This document shows positions 15,001 through 30,000 of a DNA stretch of 64,000 bases, piece by piece. Position 1 is the stretch's first letter; the number at the start of each line of letters is the position of its first letter. Origin of the DNA: Eledone cirrhosa. Lineage: Eukaryota. The DNA lies in the NCBI GenBank assembly GCA_964016885.1, contig OZ024740.1, forward strand, positions 26,412,001 through 26,476,000. Reading direction: 5' to 3'. The translations under genes and the position numbers were made by a program. The notes under the pieces were generated by a model. The model did not search any database and had not been told where the DNA came from. It saw nothing but the letters and a program-made list of their open reading frames with translations.

Positions 15001-18000
15001 AAAACCAGTACTACAGGAGAACTGGTCATCTCTGTCAATCACCAGTATGGTTGTCATAAAACCAGTACTACAGGAGAACTGGTCATCTCTGTCAATCACC
15101 AGTATGGTTGTCATAAAACCAGTACTACAGGAGAACTGCTCATCTCTGTCAATCACAAGTATGGTTGTCATAAAACCAGTACTACAGGAGAACTGGTCAT
15201 CTCTGTCAATCACCAGTATGGTTGTCATAAACCCAGTACTACAGGAGAACTGCTCATCTCTGTCAATCACCAGTATGGTTGTCATACACCCAGTACTACA
15301 GGAGAACTGCTCATCTCTGTCAATCACCAGTATGGTTGTCATAAAACCAGTACTACAGGAGAACTGGTCATCTCTGTCAATCACCAGTATGGTTGTCATA
15401 AACCCAGTACTACAGGAGAACTGATCATCTCTGTCAATCACCAGTATGGTTGTCATAAACCCAGTCCTACAGGAGAACTGCTCATCTCTGTCAATCACCA
15501 GTATGGTTGTCATAAAACCAGTACTACAGGAGAACTGCTCATCTCTGTCAATCACCAGTATGGTTGTCATAAAACCAGTACTACAGGAGAACTGCTCATC
15601 TCTGTCAATCACCAGTATGGTTGTCATAAAACCAGTACTACAGAAGAACTGGTCATCTCTGTCAATCATCAGTATGGTTGTCATAAAACCAGTACTACAG
15701 GAGAACTGGTCATCTCTGTCAATCATCAGTATGGTTGTCATAAAACCAGTACTACAGGAGAACTGCTCATCTCTGTCGATCACCAGTATGGTTGTCATAA
15801 ACCCAGTACTACAGGAGAACTGCTCATCTCTGCCAATCACCAGTATGGTTGTCATAAAACCAGTACTACAGGAGAACTGGTCATCTCTGTCAATCACCAG
15901 TATGGTTGTCATAAAACCAGTACTACAGGAGAACTGGTCATCTCTGTCAATCACCAGTATGGTTGTCATAAAACCAGTACTACAGGAGAACTGGTCATCT
16001 CTGTCAATCACCAGTATGGTTGTCATAAAACCAGTACTACAGGAGAACTGGTCATCTCTGTCAATCATCAGTATGGTTGTCATAAAACCAGTACTACAGG
16101 AGAACTGGTCATCTCTGTCAATCATCAGTATGGTTGTCATAAAACCAGTACTACAGGAGAACTGGTCATCTCTGTCAATCACCAGTATGGTTGTCATAAA
16201 ACCAGTACTACAGGAGAACTGGTCATCTCTGTCAATCACCAGTATGGTTGTCATAAAACCAGTACTACAGGAGAACTGGTCATCTCTGTCAATCACCAGT
16301 ATGGTTGTTATAAAATCAGTACTACAGGAGAACTGCTCATCTCTGTCAATCACCAGTATGGTTGTCATAAAACCAGTACTACAGGAGAACTGCTCATCTC
16401 TGTCAATCACCAGTATGGTTGTCATAAAACCAGTACTACAGGAGAACTGCTCATCTCTGTCAATCACCAGTATGGTTGTCATAAACCCAGTACTACAGGA
16501 GAACTGCTCATCTCTGTCAATCACCAGTATGGTTGTCATAAAACCAGCACTACAGGAGAACTGTTCATCTCTGTCAAACACCAGTATGGTTGTCATAAAC
16601 CCAGTACTACAGGAGAACTGATCATCTCTGTCAATCACCAGTATGGTTGTCATAAAACCAGTACTACAGGAGAACTGCTCATCTCTGTCAATCACCAGTA
16701 TGGTTGTCATAAACCCAGTACTACAGGAGAACTGATCATCTCTGTCAATCACCAGGATGGTTGTCATAAACCCAGTACTACAGGAGAACTGCTCATCTCT
16801 GTCAATCACCAGTATGGTTGTCATAAAACCAGTACTACAGGAGAACTGCTCATCTCTGTCAATCACCAGTATGGTTGTCATAAACCCAGTACTATAGGAG
16901 AACTGCTCATCTCTGTCAATCACCAGTATGGTTGTCATAAAACCAGTACTACAGGAGAACTGATCATCTCTGTCAATCACCAGTATGGTTGTCATAAAAC
17001 CAGTACTACAGGAGAACTGCTCATCTCTGTCAATCACCAGTATCGTTGTCATAAACCCAGTACTACAGGAGAACTGATCATCTCTGTCAATCACCAGTAT
17101 GGTTGTCATAAACCCAGTACTACAGGAGAACTGATCATCTCTGTCAATCACCAGTATGGTTGTCATAAAACCAGTACTACAGGAGAACTGCTCATCTCTG
17201 TCAATCACCAGTATGGTTGTCATAAAACCAGTACTACAGGAGAACTGCTCATCTCTGCCAATCACCAGTATGGTTGTCATAAAACCAGTACTACAGGAGA
17301 ACTGGTCATCTCTGTCAATCACCAGTATGGTTGTCATAAACCCAGTACTACAGAGAACTGCTCATCTCTGTCAATCACCAGTATGGTTGTCATAAACCCA
17401 GTACTACAGGAGAACTGGTCATCTCTGTCAATCACCAGTATGGTTGTCATAAAACCAGTACTACAGGAGAACTGCTCATCTCTGTTAATCACCAGTATGG
17501 TTGTCATAAAACCAGTACTACAGGAGAACTGGTCATCTCTGTCAATCACCAGTATGGTTGTCATAAAACCAGTACTACAGGAGAACTGGTCATCTCTGTC
17601 AATCACCAGTATGGTTGTCATAAAACCAGTACTACAGGAGAACTGGTCATCTCTGTCAATCACCAGTATGGTTGTCATAAAACCAGTACTACAGGAGAAC
17701 TGGTCATCTCTGTCAATCACCAGTATGGTTGTCATAAAACCAGTACTACAGGAGAACTGCTCATCTCTGTCAATCACAAGTATGGTTGTCATAAAACCAG
17801 TACTACAGGAGAACTGGTCATCTCTGTCAATCACCAGTATGGTTGTCATAAACCCAGTACTACAGGAGAACTGCTCATCTCTGTCAATCACCAGTATGGT
17901 TGTCATACACCCAGTACTACAGGAGAACTGCTCATCTCTGTCAATCACCAGTATGGTTGTCATAAAACCAGTACTACAGGAGAACTGGTCATCTCTGTCA

Positions 18001-21000
18001 ATCACCAGTATGGTTGTCATAAACCCAGTACTACAGGAGAACTGATCATCTCTGTCAATCACCAGTATGGTTGTCATAAAACCAGTACTACAGGAGAACC
18101 GCTCGTCTCTGTCAATCACCAGTATGGTTGTCATAAACCCAGTACTACAGGAGAACTGATCATCTCTGTCAATCACCAGTATGGTTGTCATAAACCCAGT
18201 ATTACAGGAGAACTGCTCATCTCTGTCAATCACCAGTATGGTTGTCATTAAACCAGTACTACAGGAGAACTGCTCATCTCTGTCAATCACCAGTATGGTT
18301 GTCATAAAACCAGTACTACAGGAGAACTGGTCATCTCTGTCAATCACCAGTATGGTTGTCATAAAACCAGTACTACCGGAGAACTGGTCATCTCTGTCAA
18401 TCACCAGTATGGTTGTCATAAAACCAGTACTACAGGAGAACTGGTCATCTCTGTCAATCATCAGTATGGTTGTCATAAAACCAGTACTACAGGAGAACTG
18501 GTCATCTCTGTCAATCATCAGTATGGTTGTCATAAAACCAGTACTACAGGAGAACTGGTCATCTCTGTCAATCACCAGTATGGTTGTCATAAAACCAGTA
18601 CTACATGAGAACTGGTCATCTCTGTCAATCACCAGTATGGTTGTCATAAAACCAGTACTACAGGAGAACTGGTCATCTCTGTCAATCACCAGTATGGTTG
18701 TTATAAAATCAGTACTACAGGAGAACTGCTCATCTCTGTCAATCACCAGTATGGTTGTCATAAAACCAGTACTACAGGAGAACTGCTCATCTCTGTCAAT
18801 CACCAGTATGGTTGTCATAAAATCAGTACTACAGGAGAACTGCTCATCTCTGTCAATCACCAGTATGGTTGTCATAAACCCAGTACTACAGGAGAACTGC
18901 TCATCTCTGTCAATCACCAGTATGGTTGTCATAAAACCAGTACTACAGGAGAACTGTTCATCTCTGTCAATCACCTGTATGGTTGTCATAAACCCAGTAC
19001 TACAGGAGAACTGATCATCTCTGTCAATCACCAGTATGGTTGTCATAAAACCAGTACTACAGGAGAACTGCTCATCTCTGTCAATCACCAGTATGGTTGT
19101 CATAAACCCAGTACTACAGGAGAACTGATCATCTCTGTCAATCACCAGGATGGTTGTCATAAACCCAGTACTACAGGAGAACTGCTCATCTCTGTCAATC
19201 ACCAGTATGGTTGTCATAAAACCAGTACTACAGGAGAACTGCTCATCTCTGTCAATCACCAGTATGGTTGTCATAAACCCAGTACTATAGGAGAACTGCT
19301 CATCTCTGTCAATCACCAGTATGGTTGTCATAAAACCAGTACTACAGGAGAACTGATCATCTCTGTCAATCACCAGTATGGTTGTCATAAAACCAGTACT
19401 ACAGGAGAACTGCTCATCTCTGTCAATCACCAGTATCGTTGTCATAAACCCAGTACTACAGGAGAACTGATCCTCTCTGTCAATCACCAGTATGGTTGTC
19501 ATAAACCCAGTACTACAGGAGAACTGATCATCTCTGTCAATCACCAGCATGGTTGTCATAAAACCAGTACTACAGGAGAACTGCTCATCTCTGTCAATCA
19601 CCAGTATGGTTGTCATAAAACCAGTACTACAGGAGAACTGCTCATCTCTGCCAATCACCAGTATGGTTGTCATAAAACCAGTACTACAGGAGAACTGGTC
19701 ATCTCTGTCAATCACCAGTATGGTTGTCATAAACCCAGTACTACAGAGAACTGCTCATCTCTGTCAATCACCAGTATGGTTGTCATAAACCCAGTACTAC
19801 AGGAGAACTGGTCATCTCTGTCAATCACCAGTATGGTTGTCATAAAACCAGTACTACAGGAGAACTGCTCATCTCTGCCAATCACCAGTATGGTTGTCAT
19901 AAAACCAGTACTACAGGAGAACTGGTCATCTCTGTCAATCACCAGTATGGTTGTCATAAACCCAGTACTACAGAGAACTGCTCATCTCTGTCAATCACCA
20001 GTATGGTTGTCATAAACCCAGTACTACAGGAGAACTGGTCATCTCTGTCAATCACCAGTATGGTTGTCATAAAACCAGTACTACAGGAGAACTGCTCATC
20101 TCTGTTAATCACCAGTATGGTTGTCATAAAACCAGTACTACAGGAGAACTGGTCATCTCTGTCAATCACCAGTATGGTTGTCATAAAACCAGTACTACAG
20201 GAGAACTGGTCATCTCTGTCAATCACCAGTATGGTTGTCATAAAACCAGTACTACAGGAGAACTGGTCATCTCTGTCAATCACCAGTATGGTTGTCATAA
20301 AACCAGTACTACAGGAGAACTGGTCATCTCTGTCAATCACCAGTATGGTTGTCATAAAACCAGTACTACAGGAGAACTGCTCATCTCTGTCAATCACAAG
20401 TATGGTTGTCATAAAACCAGTACTACAGGAGAACTGGTCATCTCTGTCAATCACCAGTATGGTTGTCATAAACCCAGTACTACAGGAGAACTGCTCATCT
20501 CTGTCAATCACCAGTATGGTTGTCATACACCCAGTACTACAGGAGAACTGCTCATCTCTGTCAATCACCAGTATGGTTGTCATAAAACCAGTACTACAGG
20601 AGAACTGGTCATCTCTGTCAATCACCAGTATGGTTGTCATAAACCCAGTACTACAGGAGAACTGATCATCTCTGTCAATCACCAGTATGGTTGTCATAAA
20701 ACCAGTACTACAGGAGAACCGCTCGTCTCTGTCAATCACCAGTATGGTTGTCATAAACCCAGTACTACAGGAGAACTGATCATCTCTGTCAATCACCAGT
20801 ATGGTTGTCATAAACCCAGTATTACAGGAGAACTGCTCATCTCTGTCAATCACCAGTATGGTTGTCATTAAACCAGTACTACAGGAGAACTGCTCATCTC
20901 TGTCAATCACCAGTATGGTTGTCATAAAACCAGTACTACAGGAGAACTGGTCATCTCTGTCAATCACCAGTATGGTTGTCATAAAACCAGTACTACCGGA

Positions 21001-24000
21001 GAACTGGTCATCTCTGTCAATCACCAGTATGGTTGTCATAAAACCAGTACTACAGGAGAACTGGTCATCTCTGTCAATCATCAGTATGGTTGTCATAAAA
21101 CCAGTACTACAGGAGAACTGGTCATCTCTGTCAATCATCAGTATGGTTGTCATAAAACCAGTACTACAGGAGAACTGCTCATCTCTGTCAATCACCAGTA
21201 TGGTTGTCATAAAACCAGTACTACAGGAGAACTGCTCATCTCTGTCAATCACCAGTATGGTTGTCATAAAACCAGTACTACAGGAGAACTGCTCATCTCT
21301 GTCAATCACCAGTATGGTTGTCATAAACCCAGTACTACAGGAGAACTGCTCATCTCTGTCAATCACCAGTATGGTTGTCATAAAACCAGTACTACAGGAG
21401 AACTGTTCATCTCTGTCAATCACCTGTATGGTTGTCATAAACCCAGTACTACAGGAGAACTGATCATCTCTGTCAATCACCAGTATGGTTGTCATAAAAC
21501 CAGTACTACAGGAGAACTGCTCATCTCTGTCAATCACCAGTATGGTTGTCATAAACCCAGTACTACAGGAGAACTGATCATCTCTGTCAATCACCAGGAT
21601 GGTTGTCATAAACCCAGTACTACAGGAGAACTGCTCATCTCTGTCAATCACCAGTATGGTTGTCATAAAACCAGTACTACAGGAGAACTGCTCATCTCTG
21701 TCAATCACCAGTATGGTTGTCATAAACCCAGTACTATAGGAGAACTGCTCATCTCTGTCAATCACCAGTATGGTTGTCATAAAACCAGTACTACAGGAGA
21801 ACTGATCATCTCTGTCAATCACCAGTATGGTTGTCATAAAACCAGTACTACAGGAGAACTGCTCATCTCTGTCAATCACCAGTATCGTTGTCATAAACCC
21901 AGTACTACAGGAGAACTGATCATCTCTGTCAATCACCAGTATGGTTGTCATAAACCCAGTACTACAGGAGAACTGATCATCTCTGTCAATCACCAGTATG
22001 GTTGTCATAAAACCAGTACTACAGGAGAACTGCTCATCTCTGTCAATCACCAGTATGGTTGTCATAAAACCAGTACTACAGGAGAACTGCTCATCTCTGT
22101 CAATCACCAGTATGGTTGTCATAAAACCAGTACTACAGGAGAACTTCTCATCTCTGTCAATCACCAGTATGGTTGTCATAAAACCAGTACTACAGGATAA
22201 CTGCTCATCTCTGTCAATCACCAGTATGGTTGTCATAAAACCAGTACTACAGGAGAAATGTTCATCTATGTCAATCACCAGTATGGTTGTCATAAACCCA
22301 GTACTACAGGAGAACTGATCATCTCTGTCAATCACCAGTATGGTTATCATAAAACCAGTACTACAGGAGAACTGCTCATCTCTGTCAATCACCAGTATGG
22401 TTGTCATAAACCCAGTACTACAGGAGAACTGATCATCTCTGTCAATCACCAGGATGGTTGTCATAAACCCAGTACTACAGGAGAACTGCTCATCTCTGTC
22501 AATCACCAGTATGGTTGTCATAAAACCAGTACTACAGGAGAACTGCTCATCTCTGTCAATCACCAGTATGGTTGTCATAAACCCAGTACTATAGGAGAAC
22601 TGCTCATCTCTGTCAATCACCAGTATGGTTGTCATAAAACCAGTACTACAGGAGAACTGCTCATCTCTGTCAATCACAAGTATGGTTGTCATAAAACCAG
22701 TACTACAGGAGAACTGGTCATCTCTGTCAATCACCAGTATGGTTGTCATAAACCCAGTACTACAGGAGAACTGCTCATCTCTGTCAATCACCAGTATGGT
22801 TGTCATACACCCAGTACTACAGGAGAACTGCTCATCTCTGTCAATCACCAGTATGGTTGTCATAAAACCAGTACTACAGGAGAACTGGTCATCTCTGTCA
22901 ATCACCAGTATGGTTGTCATAAACCCAGTACTACAGGAGAACTGATCATCTCTGTCAATCACCAGTATGGTTGTCATAAAACCAGTACTACAGGAGAACT
23001 GCTCGTCTCTGTCAATCACCAGTATGGTTGTCATAAACCCAGTACTACAGGAGAACTGATCATCTCTGTCAATCACCAGTATGGTTGTCATAAACCCAGT
23101 ATTACAGGAGAACTGCTCATCTCTGTCAATCACCAGTATGGTTGTCATTAAACCAGTACTACAGGAGAACTGCTCATCTCTGTCAATCACCAGTATGGTT
23201 GTCATAAAACCAGTACTACAGGAGAACTGGTCATCTCTGTCAATCACCAGTATGGTTGTCATAAAACCAGTACTACCGGAGAACTGCTCATCTCTGTTAA
23301 TCACCAGTATGGTTGTCATAAAACCAGTACTACAGGAGAACTGGTCATCTCTGTCAATCACCAGTATGGTTGTCATAAAACCAGTACTACAGGAGAACTG
23401 CTCATCTCTGTCAATCACCAGTATGGTTGTCATAAAACCAGTACTACAGGAGAACTGGTCATCACTGTCAATCATCAGTATGGTTGTCATAAAACCAGTA
23501 CTACAGGAGAACTGGTCATCTCTGTCAATCATCAGTATGGTTGTCATAAACCCAGTACTACAGGAGAACTGCTCATCTCTGTCAATCACCAGTATGGTTG
23601 TCATAAACCCAGTACTACAGGAGAACTGCTCATCTCTGCCAATCACCAGTATGGTTGTCATAAAACCAGTACTACAGGAGAACTGGTCATCTCTGTCAAT
23701 CACCAGTATGGTTGTCATAAAACCAGAACTATAGGAGAACTGGTCATCTCTGTCAATCACCAGTATGGTTGTCATAAAACCAGTACTACAGGAGAACTGG
23801 TCATCTCTGTCAATCACCAGTATGGTTGTCATAAAACCAGTACTACAGGAGAACTGGTCATCTCTGTCAATCATCAGTATGGTTGTCATAAAACCAGTAC
23901 TACAGGAGAACTGGTCATCTCTGTCAATCATCAGTATGGTTGTCATAAAACCAGTACTACAGGAGAACTGGTCATCTCTGTCAATCACCAGTATGGTTGT

Positions 24001-27000
24001 CATAAAACCAGTACTACGGGAGAACTGGTCATCTCTGTCAATCACCAGTATGGTTGTTATAAAATCAGTACTACAGGAGAACTGCTCATCTCTGTCAATC
24101 ACCAGTATGGTTGTCATAAAACCAGTACTACAGGAGAACTGCTCATCTCTGTCAATCACCAGTATGGTTGTCATAAAACCAGTACTACAGGAGAACTTCT
24201 CATCTCTGTCAATCACCAGTATGGTTGTCATAACCCAGTACTACAGGATAACTGCTCATCTCTGTCAATCACCAGTATGGTTGTCATAAAACCAGTACTA
24301 CAGGAGAAATGTTCATCTCTGTCAATCACCAGTATGGTTGTCATAAACCCAGTACTACAGGAGAACTGATCATCTCTGTCAATCACCAGTATGGTTATCA
24401 TAAAACCAGTACTACAGGAGAACTGCTCATCTCTGTCAATCACCAGTATGGTTGTCATAAACCCAGTACTACAGGAGAACTGATCATCTCTGTCAATCAC
24501 CAGGATGGTTGTCATAAACCCAGTACTACAGGAGAACTGCTCATCTCTGTCAATCACCAGTATGGTTGTCATAAAACCAGTACTACAGGAGAACTGCTCA
24601 TCTCTGTCAATCACCAGTATGGTTGTCATAAACCCAGTACTATAGGAGAACTGCTCATCTCTGTCAATCACCAGTATGGTTGGCATAAAACCAGTACTAC
24701 AGGAGAACTGATCATCTCTGTCAATCACCAGTATGGTTGTCATAAAACCAGTACTACAGGAGAACTGCTCATCTCTGTCAATCACCAGTATCGTTGTCAT
24801 AAACCCAGTACTACAGGAGAACTGATCATCTCTGTCAATCACCAGTATGGTTGTCATAAACCCAGTACTACAGGAGAACTGATCATCTCTGTCAATCACC
24901 AGTATGGTTGTCATAACACCAGTACTACAGGAGAACTGCTCATCTCTGTCAATCACCAGTATGGTTGTCATAAAACCAGTACTACAGGAGAACTGCTCAT
25001 CTCTGCCAATCACCAGTATGGTTGTCATAAAACCAGTACTACAGGAGAACTGTTCATCTCTGTCAATCACCAGTATGGTTGTCATAAACCCACTACTACA
25101 GAGAACTGCTCATCTCTATCAATCACCAGTATGGTTGTCATAAACCCAGTACTACAGGAGAACTGCTCATCTCTGTCAATCACCAGTATGGTTGTCATAA
25201 AACCAGTACTACAGGAGAACTGCTCATCTCTGTTAATCACCAGTATGGTTGTCATAAAACCAGTACTACAGGAGAACTGGTCATCTCTGTCAATCACCAG
25301 TATGGTTGTCATAAAACCAGTACTACAGGAGAACTGGTCATCTCTGTCAATCACCAGTATGGTTGTCATAAAACCAGTACTACAGGAGAACTGGTCACCT
25401 CTGTCAATCACCAGTATGGTTGTCATAAAACCAGTACTACAGGAGAACTGGTCATCTCTGTCAATCACCAGTATGGTTGTCATAAAACCAGTACTACAGG
25501 AGAACTGGTCATCTCTGTCAATCACCAGTATGGTTGTCATAAAACCAGTACTACAGGAGAACTGCTCATCTCTGTCAATCACAAGTATGGTTGTCATAAA
25601 ACCAGTACTACAGGAGAACTGGTCATCTCTGTCAATCACCAGTATGGTTGTCATAAACCCAGTACTACAGGAGAACTGCTCATCTCTGTCAATCACCAGT
25701 ATGGTTGTCATACACCCAGTACTACAGGAGAACTGCTCATCTCTGTCAATCACCAGTATGGTTGTCATAAAACCAGTACTACAGGAGAACTGGTCATCTC
25801 TGTCAATCACCAGTATGGTTGTCATAAACCCAGTACTACAGGAGAACTGATCATCTCTGTCAATCACCAGTATGGTTGTCATAAAACCAGTACTACAGGA
25901 GAACTGCTCGTCTCTGTCAATCACCAGTATGGTTGTCATAAACCCAGTACTACAGGAGAACTGATCATCTCTGTCAATCACCAGTATGGTTGTCATAAAC
26001 CCAGTATTACAGGAGAACTGCTCATCTCTGTCAATCACCAGTATGGTTGTCATTAAACCAGTACTACAGGAGAACTGCTCATCTCTGTCAATCACCAGTA
26101 TGGTTGTCATAAAACCAGTACTACAGGAGAACTGGTCATCTCTGTCAATCACCAGTATGGTTGTCATAAAACCAGTACTACCGGAGAACTGCTCATCTCT
26201 GTTAATCACCAGTATGGTTGTCATAAAACCAGTACTACAGGAGAACTGGTCATCTCTGTCAATCACCAGTATGGTTGTCATAAAACCAGTACTACAGGAG
26301 AACTGCTCATCTCTGTCAATCACCAGTATGGTTGTCATAAAACCAGTACTACAGGAGAACTGGTCATCACTGTCAATCATCAGTATGGTTGTCATAAAAC
26401 CAGTACTACAGGAGAACTGGTCATCTCTGTCAATCATCAGTATGGTTGTCATAAACCCAGTACTACAGGAGAACTGCTCATCTCTGTCAATCACCAGTAT
26501 GGTTGTCATAAACCCAGTACTACAGGAGAACTGCTCATCTCTGCCAATCACCAGTATGGTTGTCATAAAACCAGTACTACAGGAGAACTGGTCATCTCTG
26601 TCAATCACCAGTATGGTTGTCATAAAACCAGAACTACAGGAGAACTGGTCATCTCTGTCAATCACCAGTATGGTTGTCATAAAACCAGTACTACAGGAGA
26701 ACTGGTCATCTCTGTCAATCACCAGTATGGTTGTCATAAAACCAGTACTACAGGAGAACTGGTCATCTCTGTCAATCATCAGTATGGTTGTCATAAAACC
26801 AGTACTAATGGAGAACTGGTCATCTCTGTCAATCATCAGTATGGTTGTCATAAAACCAGTACTACAGGAGAACTGGTCATCTCTGTCAATCACCAGTATG
26901 GTTGTCATAAAACCAGTACTACGGGAGAACTGGTCATCTCTGTCAATCACCAGTATGGTTGTTATAAAATCAGTACTACAGAAGAACTGCTCATCTCTGT

Positions 27001-30000
27001 CAATCAGCAGTATGGTTGTCATAAAACCAGTACTACAGGAGAACTGCTCATCTCTGTCAATCACCAGTATGGTTGTCATAAAACCAGTACTACAGGAGAA
27101 CTTCTCATCTCTGTCAATCACCAGTATGGTTGTCATAACCCAGTACTACAGGATAACTGCTCATCTCTGTCAATCACCAGTATGGTTGTCATAAAACCAG
27201 TACTACAGGAGAAATGTTCATCTCTGTCAATCACCAGTATGGTTGTCATAAACCCAGTACTACAGGAGAACTGATCATCTCTGTCAATCACCAGTATGGT
27301 TATCATAAAACCAGTACTACAGGAGAACTGCTCATCTCTGTCAATCACCAGTATGGTTGTCATAAACCCAGTACTACAGGAGAACTGATCATCTCTGTCA
27401 ATCACCAGGATGGTTGTCATAAACCCAGTACTACAGGAGAACTGCTCATCTCTGTCAATCACCAGTATGGTTGTCATAAAACCAGTACTACAGGAGAACT
27501 GATCATCTCTGTCAATCACCAGTATGGTTGTCATAAACCCAGTACTATAGGAGAACTGCTCATCTCTGTCAATCACCAGTATGGTTGGCATAAAACCAGT
27601 ACTACAGGAGAACTGATCATCTCTGTCAATCACCAGTATGGTTGTCATAAAACCAGTACTACAGGAGAACTGCTCATCTCTGTCAATCACCAGTATCGTT
27701 GTCATAAACCCAGTACTACAGGAGAACTGATCATCTCTGTCAATCACCAGTATGGTTGTCATAAACCCAGTACTACAGGAGAACTGATCATCTCTGTCAA
27801 TCACCAGTATGGTTGTCATAAAACCAGTACTACAGGAGAACTGCTCATCTCTGTCAATCACCAGTATGGTTGTCATAAAACCAGTACTACAGGAGAACTG
27901 CTCATCTCTGCCAATCACCAGTATGGTTGTCATAAAACCAGTACTACAGGAGAACTGTTCATCTCTGTCAATCACCAGTATGGTTGTCATAAACCCACTA
28001 CTACAGAGAACTGCTCATCTCTATCAATCACCAGTATGGTTGTCATAAACCCAGTACTACAGGAGAACTGCTCATCTCTGTCAATCACCAGTATGGTTGT
28101 CATAAAACCAGTACTACAGGAGAACTGCTCATCTCTGTTAATCACCAGTATGGTTGTCATAAAACCAGTACTACAGGAGAACTGGTCATCTCTGTCAATC
28201 ACCAGTATGGTTGTCATAAAACCAGTACTACAGGAGAACTGGTCATCTCTGTCAATCACCAGTATGGTTGTCATAAAACCAGTACTACAGGAGAACTGGT
28301 CATCTCTGTCAATCACCAGTATGGTTGTCATAAAACCAGTACTACAGGAGAACTGGTCATCTCTGTCAATCACCAGTATGGTTGTCATAAAACCAGTACT
28401 ACAGGAGAACTGCTCATCTCTGTCAATCACAAGTATGGTTGTCATAAAACCAGTACTACAGGAGAACTGGTCATCTCTGTCAATCACCAGTATGGTTGTC
28501 ATAAACCCAGTACTACAGGAGAACTGCTCATCTCTGTCAATCACCAGTATGGTTGTCATAAACCCAGTACTACAGGAGAACTGCTCATCTCTGTCAATCA
28601 CCAGTATGGTTGTCATAAAACCAGTACTACAGGAGAACTGGTCGTCTCTGTCAATCACCAGTATGGTTGTCATAAACCCAGTACTACAGGAGAACTGATC
28701 ATCTCTGTCAATCACCAGTATGGTTGTCATAAAACCAGTACTACAGGAGAACTGCTCGTCTCTGTCAATCACCAGTATGGTTGTCATAAACCCAGTACTA
28801 CAGGAGAACTGATCATCTCTGTCAATCACCAGTATGGTTGTCATAAAGCCAGTACTACAGGAGAACTGCTCATCTCTGTCAATCACCAGTATGGTTGTCA
28901 TAAAACCAGTACTACAGGAGAACTGCTCATCTCTGTCAATCACCAGTATGGTTGTCATAAAACCAGTACTACAGGAGAACTGGTCATCTCTGTCAATCAC
29001 CAGTATGGTTGTCATAAAACCAGTACTACCGGAGAACTGCTCATCTCTGTTAATCACCAGTATGGTTGTCATAAAACCAGTACTACAGGAGAACTGGTCA
29101 TCTCTGTCAATCACCAGTATGGTTGTCATAAAACCAGTACTACAGGAGAACTGGTCATCTCTGTCAATCACCAGTATGGTTGTCATAAAACCAGTACTAC
29201 AGGAGAACTGGTCATCTCTGTCAATCACCAGTATGGTTGTCATAAAACCAGTACTACAGGAGAACTTCTCATCTCTGTCAATCACCAGTATGGTTGTCAT
29301 AAAACCAGTACTACAGGAGAACTGGTCATCTCTGTCAATCACCAGTATGGTTGTCATAAACCCAGTACTACAGGAGAACTGCTCATCTCTGTCAATCACC
29401 ATTATGGTTGTCATAAAACCAGTACTACAGGAGAACTGCTCATCTCTGTCAATCACCAGTATGGTTGTCATAAAACCAGTACTACAGGAGAACTGGTCAT
29501 CTCTGTCAATCATCAGTATGGTTGTCATAAAACCAGTACTACAGGAGAACTGGTCATCTCTGTCAATCATCAGTATGGTTGTCATAAAACCAGTACTACA
29601 GGAGAACTGCTCATCTCTGTCAATCACCAGTATGGTTGTCATAAACCCAGTACTACAGGAGAACTGCTCATCTCTGCCAATCACCAGTATGGTTGTCATA
29701 AAACCAGTACTACAGGAGAACTGCTCATCTCTGTCAATCACCAGTATGGTTGTCATAAAACCAGTACTACAGGAGAACTGGTCATCTCTGTCAATCACCA
29801 GTATGGTTGTCATAAAACCAGTACTACAGGAGAACTGCTCATCTCTGTCAATCACCAGTATGGTTGTCATAAAACCAGTACTACAGGAGAACTTCTCATC
29901 TCTGCCAATCACCAGTATGGTTGTCATAAAACCAGTACTACAGGAGAACTGATCATCTCTGTCAATCACCAGTATGGTTGTCATAAAACCAGTACTACAG